Source of the DNA: Octopus vulgaris | Lineage: Eukaryota | Assembly: GCA_951406725.2 (NCBI GenBank) | Contig: OX597823.1 | Coordinates: 20,956,001-21,020,000 of the forward strand | DNA length: 64,000 bases | Direction of reading: 5' to 3' | In this document: positions 1 to 13,904 of the stretch, one piece after another | Position numbering within the stretch: position 1 is the stretch's first letter | Layout of the letters: the number at the start of each line of letters is the position of its first letter | Translations under genes and position numbers: made by a program | Notes under the pieces: generated by a model | What the model was told of the DNA's origin: nothing | Seen by the model: the letters and a program-made list of their open reading frames with translations, nothing else | The model's database searches: none

Positions 1-611
1 ATCAGTAGTATAAATGACATGGCCTATTAAGTCAGAGATGTTGTGTGAAAGTGATAGCAAAGGTCACAAAAGAAGAACTGAACTTTAATAGAACGTTAGT
101 CAACAGGTAATGTTAATGTATAATAATGTCTTTGTTTAAAAAGAAATAATTTGCACTAAGCTGTTAGTTTTGGCCATAATATGTTGCAGTGTGGTGAATG
201 TATGTGAGAAATAAGTTAGAAAGATGAGAAAAATGTCGGTGGAGTAAGGGTGTGAGTTGCTTTATTTTATTTGGTTTTAGTTCTCTTGTTTCTGTTGTTT
301 GATGAGAATAACCTCTTGTAAGGTTACTGTGGTTGATGCTTTTAATGTCGTAACAGATTCTGTTGTTAAAACTATTATTTGTGGAGTTGTGTTTGCTATT
401 TCTATTTAGTTATTTTGTTATTGCTTAGTCCCAGATCAATCCACACTAAGTGCATACATGACTAAAAGAATTCGAACTGCGCTCTTTAAAAGCGAGTGGT
501 GCGATATATTATCCAGTGTGTTACTTTAAGACGATAGATTTTGATTTGAGAGAGATTTGGCTGTTATTTTCAGCAAGACGAATGACCGTACAGAGGCTCT
601 GTTATTATTTC

Positions 612-925
612 TTTTGCGTCATCCTTTCGGGGTCGGTAAATTAATTACCAGTTGAACACTGGGGTCGATGTAACTCCTTGTATGTCCCCACTATGTTTAG
701 CCCCTTGAGGGCAATAAAGAAATAAAAAACGTTAGCACGCCGGGCGAAGTACTTAGCTGTATTTTGTCTGTCTTTTCGTTTTGAGTTCAAAGTTCAACAG
801 AGGTCGACTTTGCCTTTCATCCTTTCAGGGTCGATAAATTAAGTACCAGCTGCGTACTGGAGTCGATCTAATCGACTGGCCTCTTCCCTCAACATTTCGG
901 GCCTTATACCTAGAGTAAAAACATA
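612..925 (+). mobile_element. tRNA-derived SINE family A, dimer (partial unit with tail 1 joined to a D-loop-truncated unit with tail 2)
   Basis: Matches the other family A copies: gagttcaaa B-box-like motif, core gcctttcatcctttc.gggtcgataaattaagtaccag, junction taaagaaata|aaaaacgttagcac. Confidence 0.8.
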
Positions 926-1538
926 TTGCTTTTGCGTCTGTTAGTGATCTTAAAGGTTTTGGATGTAGATGGTTTTTTGCTCCATTTTATTCCTTTCCAA
1001 CATTTAGAATGTTTGATCTTGGGCTAAGCGATAACCCCAACAACAACAACAGTACTAAAAGCACTATAGGTAGGGCTACAAAATGTAATACCGTACACAT
1101 CTGAAGAACAAAGAGCTAGCGTTAATAGCGTAGTGAAAAGCTCGCACGTAACCAATAAATAGATGTCATAATAATAGCCTTTCATCTAAATCTGTTCTAT
1201 CATTGAAGAACCTCCTTCTTGGCAGACTAGCTAGATTTTCAATGCATTAACATTATGACGTTACAAGTCTAGTATGATATTGTCACATTGCCATGTGTGT
1301 CCGTCGAACAATACAGTTGTTTACTTGTGTAGTTTTGTTGGCAAATTTGATTGGTTAAATGCTCTTGATTTAAATATCTGCATTAGCAATGGACAAGGCA
1401 AAAAGTAAATAGTTAATAATGAAAAGCAAAAACGATTTACGTGGAGAGAGAATGTGTGAATGAGAGATACGTTATTGTGCACGCGCATATTGTGAGAGAG
1501 GGAGAGAGAAATGTGCAGATAGAAGAAATACAAACATT

Positions 1539-1572
<34 letters not shown>

Positions 1573-1754
1573 GAAGAAGAGAAAGTGATAGGTAGAGAGT
1601 CGTAAAGACCATGCAAGAGAGATGCAGTGAGAGAAACTCAACGCGGAAGAAATTGAGAAATTTAGTGAGAGCGCTACATTCGTAAAGAGATGCAAAGAGC
1701 GCGAGATAGAGAAAGAGATAGAATCAGAAATGCGAGAGAAGGAGCATGAGAGAT

Positions 1755-1816
<62 letters not shown>

Positions 1817-2682
1817 TGAGAATATTTCTATGAGATACGAAAATGAAATTTTGAAATCAATTCTGTTGTTCTGAAATTTGTATTTTCTGGCTAGATTAAA
1901 CATTTCAGAATAGTGTTGAGAAGAATGAAACAAAATATTGGTTGTTTAGAGATTAAAATTAAGGCTGAACAAATGCAGAAACTATTGTGTTTAAGAAAAT
2001 AGATTTTTAAAAATTTCACTCTTTAACACTTTATATATATATCTACTATAGATGCACGGTGTATGACGGCGGTGCATTGTCAATGTTGATAAAATTCCTT
2101 TCCTTACGGATTTCGACTCCTAGGATCTGAGTTCAAATCGCATCTGTGTCAATTTCGCCATTAATTTTATTCGGGACGAATTAATAAATTGCCAGTACTG
2201 AGAGCGATTTATGGATTATACTCTCTGGATCTCACATTTGATTCAAAAAGTTCTGCCAATCCATCTTGAGAATTGCGCTAAAGGTACATTTCTCTATGGA
2301 ATACTAAAGTGGCTACAGCTTTATTTTATGAATAGAAATTCAGTTAAGTGCTCAACTGAATGTGCTTTGTGGAAACTGGCGGAGAATCCCACAGCACCAT
2401 ATACATTCATATTATAGTGTTGAACCGTTGGTGTAACCGTAATTTTTCAGTGATCTGCTAAGCTAGTTTCCTTTATTTCTATTGATTTACGAATATACTA
2501 ATGTATTGTATAATGCATAGCATGCATATTAATGTAAACATAAAACTATACCACACTGAAATTATTGCTACATGAATAACTCTGCGAAACGAGCGAAAAC
2601 CCTAAGGATTTCACGATGTTACATAAATGTAAACCATTTCCATGCTTCCTGACGTTTATGGTATACATACATACATACATAC

Positions 2683-2716
<34 letters not shown>

Positions 2717-2979
2717 ATAAAAGGCAGGATGTGTGTGAGTACGTAAATGTAATTTATGCACGTCCAGAAATTAGCACGCTTGTCGCTCTAATTTTAGGAG
2801 GACATTCGTCATGATTCTAGCTGTATTTTCGCTGACTTATTTTTACCAGAGGCACCATCGAATAGCAGTAAAAATAAATTTTCAACCAAAACTTTTAACA
2901 ATTTTCAAGTCGGAGAAGTCACCACTTTTGTTGGTATTTTTTTCCATCGAAGAAAAAAGTGTTTTGTCGACATACGAGC

Positions 2980-3023
<44 letters not shown>

Positions 3024-3080
3024 TACGAACATGCATGCGTACAAAAAAACATGTATGCAATAGGTGTACATACGTACGTA

Positions 3081-3167
<87 letters not shown>

Positions 3168-3405
3168 AAGAAAAAGTCAAGATAGAAAATGCTAAAATAA
3201 TTTTATAAAAACAACATTTCAGTACCGGTTTCAGTCATTGAGATTTTTCAACTGTAACAATTAAATAATTAAATTTAGAGAAATTAAAAGAAAATTTTTT
3301 TAAAAAGAATATTTGTATAGTATTCAAATACAAGTGGCATTTTCCTTGTTTCTGCCTGTCTCCGTCTCTAGTATACTCGTGTGGGTTCGAGGTCCTTGTG
3401 AATTC
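3168..3405 (-). mobile_element. Solo 3' terminal repeat (pLTR) of the Penelope-like element at 32608-34097
   Basis: Aligns by eye with 32608-32835 (aagtcaagatagaaaatgct...cagtaccggtttc...ttcgaggtc.ttgtgaat); abuts a (TA)n array, as that copy does. Confidence 0.8.
3218..3256 (-). ncRNA. Degenerate minimal hammerhead motif (UUGAAAA core)
   Basis: Minus strand cag-ttgaaaa-atctcaatgact-gaaa-ccgg-ta-ctg; stem II is damaged relative to the 32655 copy. Confidence 0.55.
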
Positions 3406-3819
3406 TTGGTAGGGAAGAAGAAGAAGAAAAGAAAAGGAATGAAGAAGAGGAGAAGGGGAAAAAGAAGAAAAATTTGAGAGTACCATGATAGTAGTATTTT
3501 GAATGGTCAGTGGATGGTAACAGTCGCTGTTCAATTTATGAAAATATTTCTTTAGAATGTTTTGTTTGTAGAATTTGCGTAGGTGTTATTCTAAAGAGCA
3601 TTAGTGATAAAGTTAGGAGAGAGAAGGGAGAAGGGAGAAGAAGAAGAAGAAGAAGAAGAAGAAGAAGAAGAAGAAGAAGAAGAAGAAGAAGAAGAAGAAG
3701 AAGAAGAAGAAGAAGAAGAAGAAAAATATCTTTATGGAATTTTTATTTACACAGATTTTTGGAAGATGCAAGTTACATGGGGCACTGTAGAACAATTCTT
3801 ATAGCAGTACCTTTAGCCT

Positions 3820-4041
3820 ATTTCTTTACTGCCCACAAGGGGCTAAATACAGAGGGAACAAACAAGGACAGATAAACGGATTATGTCGATTATATCGACC
3901 CCAGTGCGTAACTGGTACTTATTTAATCGACCCCGAAAGGATGAAAGGCAAAGTCGACCTCGGCGGAATTTGAACTCAGAACGTAACGGCAGACAAAATA
4001 CGGCTACGCATATCGCCCGGCGTGCTAACGTTTCTGCCAGC
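3820..4041 (-). mobile_element. SINE family A monomer
   Basis: Head tggcagaaacgttagcacgccgggcg, B-box-like gagttcaaattcc, core and tail 1. Confidence 0.85.
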
Positions 4042-4939
4042 CGTATAGGCCCTCCCATTGATATAGTTTGTTTTCTGTAGGGATAAAATCGTCTGAGAGT
4101 GAATTCCGGAGAGAGAGAGAGAGAGATGAAGATGTATGAGCAAATAGACTACAATGAGTTGTTTACCGGAGGAGTTACTTATGTGAAAGTTTGTTGAGAA
4201 GACCAAAGGAAATGTGGAGAATCACTTGATCCACAGGCTGCTGTTTTAGACACTTATGCAGTAAGTAGGAGAGAGGGGATAATTGATAAACGAAACAGAG
4301 AGAGATAGTGTGAGATGAGAGAGAATGGAAGTGCGAGGAGAGATGGAGTTGGTATGAAAAAATACATTAATGCAAAACGGAGAAGTTAATGAAAGTAAGA
4401 GAAAAAACTAGAGATGGAGAGAAAGAGAGAGAGCTGAGTAGTTTTGGAGATCATAAATTGTTGGTGAGTGAAGGCTTTAGTTTGTCAACCAATCAAATAT
4501 ATTTTCCTGGATGTCTCCTGCACTGCGCATTTTTCATAAAAATCTCCGCATCAACTGACGTGTGATTTCAAGAAAAAGCAGTGTAGGAGAAACTACATGA
4601 AGGTTCTACCTAACAGAAATAACCTGCAGTCATATGACATCCGACTGTCCTTTAGATAGAATTGTAAACTTTCGATAAGGTAGTCCTGCATACCTCTAAA
4701 ATTACGAGATGTTGAAACCTTTTATCAAAGATCTGTTCGATCCTGTTGATCTTGTGGCTTATAACAACAGCAACAATTCAATATTAGAGTTGACACATCA
4801 TACATCATCTTTGCTACTATGGTAATTTTTTCATCTTCACCTAACCATCAGCAATACCAAAACCAAAAACTGAACCAAATGAATCATGCTTTAAACTTAT
4901 TTATCTATTTATTTTCTTTTATTCTGTTATTTCTTATTT

Positions 4940-5310
4940 TATTTATTGGTCACAAGGGGCTAAATACAGAGGGGACAAACAAAGATAGAAAAAGGGATTT
5001 ATCGTCCCCGAAATGCTGAAAGGCAAAGTCGACCTCGGCGGAATTTGAGCTCAGAACGTAACCACAGACGAAATACCCATTTCTTTACTACCCAGAAGGG
5101 GCTAAACACAGAGAGGATAAACAAGGACAGACAAACGGATTAAGTCGATTATATCGACCCCAGTGCGTAACTGGTACTTATTTAATCGACTCCGAAAGGA
5201 TGAAAGGCCAAGTCGACCTCGGCGGAAGTTGAACCCAGAAGGTAAAGACAGACGAAATACCGCAAAGTATTTCGCCCGTCGTGCTAATGATTCTGCCAGC
5301 TCGCCACCTT
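4940..5310 (-). mobile_element. SINE family A dimer
   Basis: Full head unit plus a second, internally deleted unit starting at ggtatttcgtctg (junction ~5078). Confidence 0.85.
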
Positions 5311-5313
5311 ATT

Positions 5314-5738
5314 CTTTTATTTCTTTCAGTCATTTGACTGCGACCATACTGGAGTACCATTTTTAGTCGAACAAAACCACTGCCTGAATTATTCTTTGTA
5401 AGCCTAGTACTTATTCCACCGGTATCTTCTGCCGAACGGTTAATTTACGGGGAACGTACAGCCACCAGCATCGGTTGTTAAGCGATGTTGTTGGGGGGGG
5501 GGGGGTGTGACAAACACAGACATAGAAACATATACAGACACGCATATATATATATATATATATACATTTATATATACGACGTGCTTCTTTCGGTTTCCGT
5601 TTATCAAATCCACTCACAAGACTTTGGTCGCCCTGAGACTATAGTAGAAGACATATGCGCAAGGTGCCACACAGTGAGAGTGAACCCGGAACTATGTGGT
5701 TGGGAAGTGATCCAGTTACCACACAGCCACTTCTGCAC
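5314..5738 (-). mobile_element. tRNA-derived SINE family C (internal microsatellite, CR1-type tail)
   Basis: Same sequence family as 44791-45218 and 48212-48800; head gtggctgtgtggtaa...gggttcac, tggcaccttg.gca segment, tail ccagtatggtcgcagtcaaatgactgaaa. Confidence 0.8.
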
Positions 5739-5840
5739 CTATTTATTTATTTTATTTTATTCCATTCCCTTTCGTGGAAACTGACTTTATGCTAATCCTG
5801 ACTGTTCATTCGTGATTTAATCTGTGTTGACATGCATTAG

Positions 5841-5841
5841 C

Positions 5842-5887
<46 letters not shown>

Positions 5888-5907
5888 GGTGGTGGTGGTG
5901 GTAGTAC

Positions 5908-5946
<39 letters not shown>

Positions 5947-6040
5947 GAGGAGGAGGAGGAGGAGGAGTAGGAGTAGTAGTAGTGGTGGTGGTGGTGGTGG
6001 TGGTGGTGGTAGTAGTAGTAGTAGTAGTTGTAGTAGTAGT
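5841..6040. repeat. Compound trinucleotide microsatellite (TAG/TGG/AGG)
   Basis: Directly visible in-phase trinucleotide blocks. Confidence 0.95.
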
Positions 6041-6059
6041 AATTTTTGACGTTGCAACT

Positions 6060-6650
6060 TAGCCCTCGGTGACTTGCTAAGTTTCTATTGTTTAAGAAAT
6101 TACCTCTCTGACTAAGAAAAGACCTCTACGACCTCCATATCGAATAGAATATTCGCAGGTATAAAGCAGCAACAGTTATGATTCGGCTCTCCAGGCTGAT
6201 ACGAGAAAACACCATTCTTGTTCCCTAATGTAAGGTCTATCGGGTTGTGTACTGAACACTTTAATGTATGACAATAGTGACGGGCACTATACACACGCCA
6301 GGAGCACAGCTGAGAAGAAACCTTGGTGTTAAACGGCAGGAGAGCCACCATAACAATAATGTCCTGAAACCGACAGAAACGTCAAAGTATTTTCTATGCT
6401 TTCACAGCGACGTCTGAGATGATTTGGTCGACTTAGAGAATGAAAATGGCAGATTCCCTTAAGACAGCCTTTATCGGGCGCGTGACACTGTCACCAGATC
6501 TTCTAGAATGCCATAAGTTCATTTCAACGATGTATTCAAGTGAAACATGAAGGTCAGTGCTTGCGATATCATCCTAAAAAGCAGATAGATTTTGTAAGAT
6601 TTCAGCAAAGAAGGTATGATTTGAAGACAAGATGCTGAGAAACGTGGTCA
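6060..6650 (-). pseudogene. Heavily degenerate non-LTR RT fragment, possibly RTE clade
   Basis: Minus strand gives a YLLF.DDIA-like motif near 6575 and ILFDME near 6140, in the order expected for RTE ORF2; many frameshifts. Confidence 0.35.
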
Positions 6651-7347
6651 ATGGAAGGAGAAAAGGAATTAGACACCAAAAATCAACTACAACATAACCA
6701 TCTGCGAGAGAGATTTTTTATAGAATTTCTACAAGGGACGCTACTCAGAGAGATAGTGAGAGTGAGAGACAGCGCGTGTGTGTATGATAGAGAGTGTGTG
6801 AGTGAGATAGATAGATAGATAGAGTGAGAGAGAGAAGGAGAGAGAGAGAGAGAGAACAAGATTTAAATTCTCAGGGGGTACAGTAGCTCGACATTTGACT
6901 GACCAGTGATGTAAAATTACAGTCTCTCATGACAGACGGATGTGATTAGGAGAATTGAATTTTTACTAGTCTATATATTAGTGAGTACCTTCAAAAAGCA
7001 ATCGACCATAGCGTTGTATGATTTAGTTATGTAAAAGATTTGATATTCATTGTGTTGTTAAAACTATATTATTATCTACATTTTTATTGTTATAAGCTAT
7101 AACTAGCCTCTATCGGAAATTTCTGTAGCAAATCATTGGGAATTGTCGAACTGTCAATGTTCATTGATCTTACTATGATTAACGTCTCTCGCTTATGAAT
7201 TTACTAGAAATGCGGTTCAGCATTGACCTTTACCGATTTGCAGAAACATGTCGTTTCCTCAAAGTTTACATCTTAACAAAAGCAATCAAACGAAATGTAA
7301 TAATCTTAATGATGTTGCTGATGATAATGATAATGATTACGATGCAG

Positions 7348-7436
<89 letters not shown>

Positions 7437-7539
7437 GCTGCTGCTACTGCTGCTGTTACTACTACTACTACTACCACCACCACCACCACATTAATACTCA
7501 TATTAATGCTTTCAAGTATTTGCCGCATAGGATCTGTGG

Positions 7540-7899
7540 TAGGGGATTAAGTCGATTACATCGACCCCAGTGCGTAACTGGTATTTATTTAATCGATCTC
7601 GAAAGGATAAAAGGCAATGTCGACCTCGGCGGAATTTGAAGTCGAACGTAGCGGCGGGCAAAATACCTATTTCTTTACTACCCACAAGGGGCTAAACACA
7701 GAGAGGAGAAACAAGGACAGACAAACGGATTAAGTCGATTATGTCGACCCCCAGTGCGTAACTGGTATATAATTTATCGACCCCGAAAGGATGAAAAGCA
7801 AAGTCGACCTCGGCGGAATTTGAACTCAGAACGTAGCGGCAGACGAAATACGGCTAAGCATTTCGCCTGGGATGCTAACTTTTCTGCCAGCTCGCCGCC
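7540..7899 (-). mobile_element. SINE family A dimer
   Basis: Head ggcggcgagctggcaga at 7899; junction taaagaaata|ggtattttgccc at ~7668. Confidence 0.85.
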
Positions 7900-7955
<56 letters not shown>

Positions 7956-7959
7956 TAAT

Positions 7960-8492
7960 GAGGCTAATGCCCTGATGCAGTACCAGGCAGTGGCTCTCAT
8001 AGACTGATCTTAACTGATTGGAAGTGTTATCATGTACATTGGTTTGTCTTGGTATAAAAGATGGGCTACAGCAAATATTCAGCTCAATACCACAGATTTG
8101 CTTGTCAGTTGTTTGACAGTTGAACATGTCCCTTGGTGGCTGAGGATATGTGCATCTCTGATCACGAGCAGAAGTAGTGGGGAAGCATCATAGCCGTTTG
8201 TTGAGAGGAATTCTTTGGGGTTTGAATAATTCGCATCAGGAAACATGGGTGTTTCATTCACCATCATTAAACAACCCTTAATCAAGGCCCATTTGAGAAG
8301 GATGGGCTATTCGACCTGAAGAAATTTCTAAGTGGGCCCCCACCTCCAAGATAATGCGCTGTTTATCTTCATACGAGATCATAACGTCGCGTTGTTATGC
8401 ATGTGCCTAGTGTACCCTTATGAGATGGGTAGTCATGATGGATATACAAGGCTTCGTATATTTTATCCCAGTGTCACTTTGATGACATGCAC
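7960..8492 (+). mobile_element. Non-coding ~550-bp dispersed element embedded in (TAA)n
   Basis: Closely matches 55343-55893, 39083-39520 and 56381-56615; flanked by TAA/CAA arrays; a copy of its 3' terminus also sits at ~8970-9004. Confidence 0.8.
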
Positions 8493-8615
8493 AACAACAA
8501 CAACAATAACAATAATAATGATGATGATGATAATAATAACAACAACAATAACAACAATAATAATAATAACAATAATAATAATAATAATAGTAATAATAAT
8601 AATGATAATAATAAC

Positions 8616-8650
<35 letters not shown>

Positions 8651-8658
8651 TAATAATG

Positions 8659-8694
<36 letters not shown>

Positions 8695-8836
8695 TATTCT
8701 TTACTACCCAGAAGGGGCTACACACAGAGGGGACAAACAGGGACAAACAAACGGATTATGTCGAGTACACCGACCCCAATGCGTAACTGGTACTTAATTT
8801 ATCGACCCCGAAAGGATGAAATGCAAAGTCGACCTG
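8695..8836 (-). mobile_element. SINE family A, 5'-truncated
   Basis: Core and tail 1 only. Confidence 0.75.
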
Positions 8837-9104
8837 ATAATGATAATGCACCAACCAAAATCAGATGTAGACAGGATTTATCTCCCAAGAAAAATAAGTG
8901 GAAGGGGCCTGATAAGGCTCGATCATTCCTTCAAATCAAGAATAATAGACCTTGAAACCTACCTTAATACAACACTTTGATGGCGTGCACTACTCTTCCA
9001 CTCAATAATAATAATAACAACAACAACAACAACAGCAATAATAATAATTATTATTATTATTATTGTTGTTGTTGTTGTTGTTATTATTATTATTATTATA
9101 ACAA

Positions 9105-9957
9105 TAATGGACAATTTCACAGGGATGTTGAAGATAGGACAGACAGACAAAACAAAAAGATGTCTATGGATGACTAAAAGTGATTTAAAACTGGAAACGG
9201 AGGCTCTAATCAGTGATACTCAAGAGCAAGCACTAAGAATGAATTACCTCAAATATAGAATAGACAATACATCAGAAAGTGATAAGTGTATAATGTTTTG
9301 ACAAAATGGTGAAACCGTATGGCATATTACTATGGCATATTACCAGTCAAATTAAACCACTAGCCCAGAAGGAATATAAGAGACGTCATTATAATAGAGC
9401 AGGGATTGTCCATTGGACACTTTGCAACATGTATGAACTTGACAGAGCAAAAAGTGCTACGATCGTAAACCTGAAGGCATCATTGAAAATGATAATGCAA
9501 AGATCTTATGGGATTTTATGATTCAGGTCGACCATGAGACAGAGAATAGGAAGCCAGACATAGTCTTAATTGAGAAAGAAAGCAAACGATGCTGGATCAT
9601 AGATATAACTTACCCAGATAACAACAAGGTATGTGATAAGGAAGTAAGAAAAGTCGAAAGCTATGATAGGTTAGCTAGAAAGGTTAAGCATTTGTGGTCG
9701 ATGAAAAGGTGATAGTAGTAACAAAAATTGTCGGAACCCTGGGAACAGTTAGTATAGAACTTGAGAAGTACATGGAGACAAATAGGGGCTGCAATAAAGG
9801 TGGAGCACTTGTAGAAAAGAGCACTGCTTGGAACTGCTCGAATACTCCGGATGGTGCTCGAAAAAAATGGGGGGGGGTTACCTTAGTTCACTGGTAGCGA
9901 ACAGCAGATACAGTAGTACATCTCCAGCGTTAGAAGCTGTGCAAAGACAATAAAATA
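9105..9957 (+). mobile_element. Degenerate R4/Dong non-LTR retrotransposon, 3' part (RLE endonuclease)
   Basis: Frameshifted ORFs: LKLETEALISDTQEQALR, LAQKEYKRRH, RKPDIVLIEK..WIIDITYP (PD-(D/E)xK); flanked by TAA/TGA arrays. Confidence 0.8.
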
Positions 9958-10668
9958 ATGATGATGATGATGATGATGATGATGATAATGATGATGATGA
10001 TTTCTTTTGCCTGAGAGAAGGATGAGAGGGACAATACATTGACAGTCATGAAGTATGGGCGTTTACATATAATGAAATGTTAAAAAAAAAGAAAGGGAAA
10101 GAAAAGTAAGTATAGATGGTATTCTATTAACAAGGAAAGATTCATAGTATACAAAGATAATAATAACAACTCCAACACAAATGAAGCAAATATATTATTT
10201 TTATTTTTCCTATTGAGGTCGAAGTCCCAAGATATTCAGATACAAAACAAAGGCAAAATACAAACGAAAGAAGCAATTAAAACAAAACAGAAAAAATGAA
10301 GTCTATAGGTGTGGCTGTATTTATTGAGTATATCAAGTGAAACGGTGTGGCGAACAGTATAAAAGTAACAATAACGACCAACAGAACAATAGAAATGTGG
10401 AAAACAATAAATACTTTTAATAAATAGATAATAGATAAAAATAATACCAGAAGTGACAGATGACGGAAGAAACAAAATGGAGGGAAATCATGATAAAGAT
10501 ATGATCTTCATCTTGATACGACCTTAATTTTCTTTCTTGTCAGTTACTATTACTTTCTACACAATCTGGCTGACACTTAACTAAGTTTTATTTTTAACCT
10601 CAAGTCAGACACTATCGTGATGTGTCGCGAGATTTCTTCCACTAATCATGCAACCGCTGAAACCGGCA

Positions 10669-10762
<94 letters not shown>

Positions 10763-10912
10763 ATGTACATACACACATATATGCAGATATATGTATGTCT
10801 ACCTGTAAGTAAAAAATATATATATGTATGTGTATGCATATGTATGTATATATGTATGTATATATATGCATATGTATGTATATATATATATATGTATATA
10901 TATGCATATGTA

Positions 10913-10964
<52 letters not shown>

Positions 10965-11143
10965 CGCACACACACATATATGTAGACATAGACACACATT
11001 TATGTAGATGTATATATGTATGTATGTGTGTATGTGTGTTTGTGTGTGTATACACATACATACACGCAGGCACACGAACACACACATACCCATACACTCA
11101 TATATATGTATGTATACATAGATATATATATATATATATATGC

Positions 11144-11202
<59 letters not shown>

Positions 11203-12181
11203 CGTGAGCGTGTGTCCTCGCGTGGACTACTACTATGCATAACACCTCATAGATTAACTTTTCCAGCCGACGGATTTACTTCACCTGGCAACATGCTAGC
11301 TAGTGCGCTATGGTGATAATCCTACATTTGCGTCTTTGTTTTTGATTTCTGCCCCATCCCTTATCTGACTCACTGGAATGATGAAGAAGTCTACTGATGC
11401 TGTTTCTCTCGGGTAACAGTAACATTAAGCGGATGAACGATACTTGCTTGCAATGGATTATTTATGACCGAAAACAAGCATTTGTGCTCTCTCGCTTTCT
11501 CTCTGAATTCTCTCTGTCTCTCTGTCTCTGTCTTTGTCTCTGCCTGTCTGTCTCTCTCTCTGCCTCTTATTTTGTTACAGAACTCAGCAGATTAAACCAA
11601 AACTGAAACTCTCTTCACATCCTTGCTGCTGCATCTACTGCTTGATTTTATGCAGAAAATAAATGTTGAGCTCAACGTTGGAAGGAAAGAAATAAAGACA
11701 AGTCGCTTCCTTAATGCCACAACTATTTGTTTCTCTGCTATAAGAAACAAAAAACTTGATCGGGAGCTAAAAACATTAAAAGTTTTCTTATACAATTTCT
11801 ATATACAACCACGAGATACGTGTTATATGTCAAGCGTTTATAATCATTCTCCACGAACAACCTCCAAATTTTCATCTTCTCTGTGAGCCTTGTATACGTA
11901 TTCTTTCAACATAGATTCTGTATTCTGTCACTGTTCAAATAATGTTCCATAACCTTTAATACATAGGTTTGCACAAATTTATGCTCTCCTACTCTTAGAA
12001 TATCGTGTCTGCATCAGCGTGTGTATGTGTGTAAACGTGCTTGTGCGTAAGTGTGTGAATGTACGTCTACATAATATATACATATATAAATACACACACA
12101 GACAAGCACACACACGCACATACGCACACACATATACACGCATCTACATGCATATATATATACACATACAAACACAAACGC

Positions 12182-12227
<46 letters not shown>

Positions 12228-13701
12228 CACAGACACAAACAAACACATAACCCTTTCGAAATTTCATTTCAATAGGTTTGTGTCATTGTTTTTTCTAAGA
12301 ATTTTTAAATAGTTAATAACTTTTAAGAAAATCTTCAAATATGTTGACAGTTTCAAGTATTTTCTGTAAAAACACAGCACATTCACACACACACACACAC
12401 ACACACACAAACAACCCATCAAACACACGTACAAACGCACATATAGATATATATGTATATCTAGAATTATTCAGTTTCTTGTGTGTGTGTGTATGCATAT
12501 ATGTATGCATGTGTGTGTATGATGTATGAATGCGTGTATGAATGTATAATGTATAAAAGTATGCATGTGTGTGTGTGTATGTATGTAAGTATGTATCTGT
12601 GCGTGCGCGTGTGTATGTCTCTCTATATGTTTGTAAATATGTATATAAGTATGTATGTATGTATGTATGTATGTATGTATGTATATATGCATTTATGTAT
12701 ATATGTAGCCACCTGCAGAATCAATGCGTTGTTTCGATAACTTTCCATTGAGAAAGAAAAATGATGATATTTTGATGGATAACCAATCTAGATGCTGCGG
12801 AAACTTGTGTGATTATCAGTTTTAAAATTTTACATTTATTACATACTAAGCTGAAAAATTTACAGCGCAGTTTATATAGGATATGACAACATGACAAACA
12901 CGATAATATGCACCGCCTGCTGTTGGCCAGGAGCAACGGAAATAGATATACATTCGATCATACATACATCCATCCATGCATACATACATACACACACACA
13001 CATCCAGACATACTTATATACATACATACAAGCATACATACGTACGTGCATACATAGATACTTACACATATACATATATATATACACATGTATATACACA
13101 ACTATATGTTTACAAATACATATATGCATTACAAGTATATATCAGTATATATATATATGTATATATATGCATACAAAAGTATATATAACTACGGAGGAGA
13201 AAGAATGAGAGGAATACATATACACTCACACATACACACTTATACACACACATACACGCACTCACATGCATACACATACATTCTTGTCTGACTACACAGC
13301 ATGGAGACATTGCTTACAGCGATGACCTTTCCGATCCAGTAATTTTACATAACTCTCTATACAATGAGTTTGTGTTTATCACATTCATACAGTTAAGACT
13401 TAATTAAACAACAATATGAAATAGAAAATCTTCCAACAAAAGCTAGAAGGAATCAATAGCTTTGTTATCTAGAATTAATATTAAAGTCTACAGCCACTTC
13501 TATAAACTCCAGCATAGCAATCGTGTTAAGAGCGTTAGGAAGATTTAGCAAGAAATATGTCACCCATGGACTTTGGTCAATTAATATTCGCTAAAATAAC
13601 AATACAATTATGCAATTTTCCATTTACTAAAAACGTCTGATATAATTTCTTATCTGAAAATTCGCATGTATTTGTATATAGTTGTATATAGACATAAAAG
13701 T

Positions 13702-13702
<1 letters not shown>

Positions 13703-13797
<95 letters not shown>

Positions 13798-13804
13798 TTA
13801 TATC

Positions 13805-13849
<45 letters not shown>

Positions 13850-13872
13850 ATCTATCTATCTTTCTATCTATC
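13703..13872. repeat. (TATC)n tetranucleotide array
   Basis: Directly visible. Confidence 0.95.
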
Positions 13873-13904
13873 GTTGTATATATCGATTTATCTACCGAAA
13901 TAGA

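Noticed and set aside
11250-11960. Possible host exon(s) in non-repetitive sequence
   Set aside because: No recognisable protein motif or consistent splice-bounded ORF; needs RNA-seq.
10605-13310. Many overlapping ORFs ([12 protein letters not shown] rich), and similar ORFs across the window
   Set aside because: Translations of stop-free microsatellites with no domain motifs.
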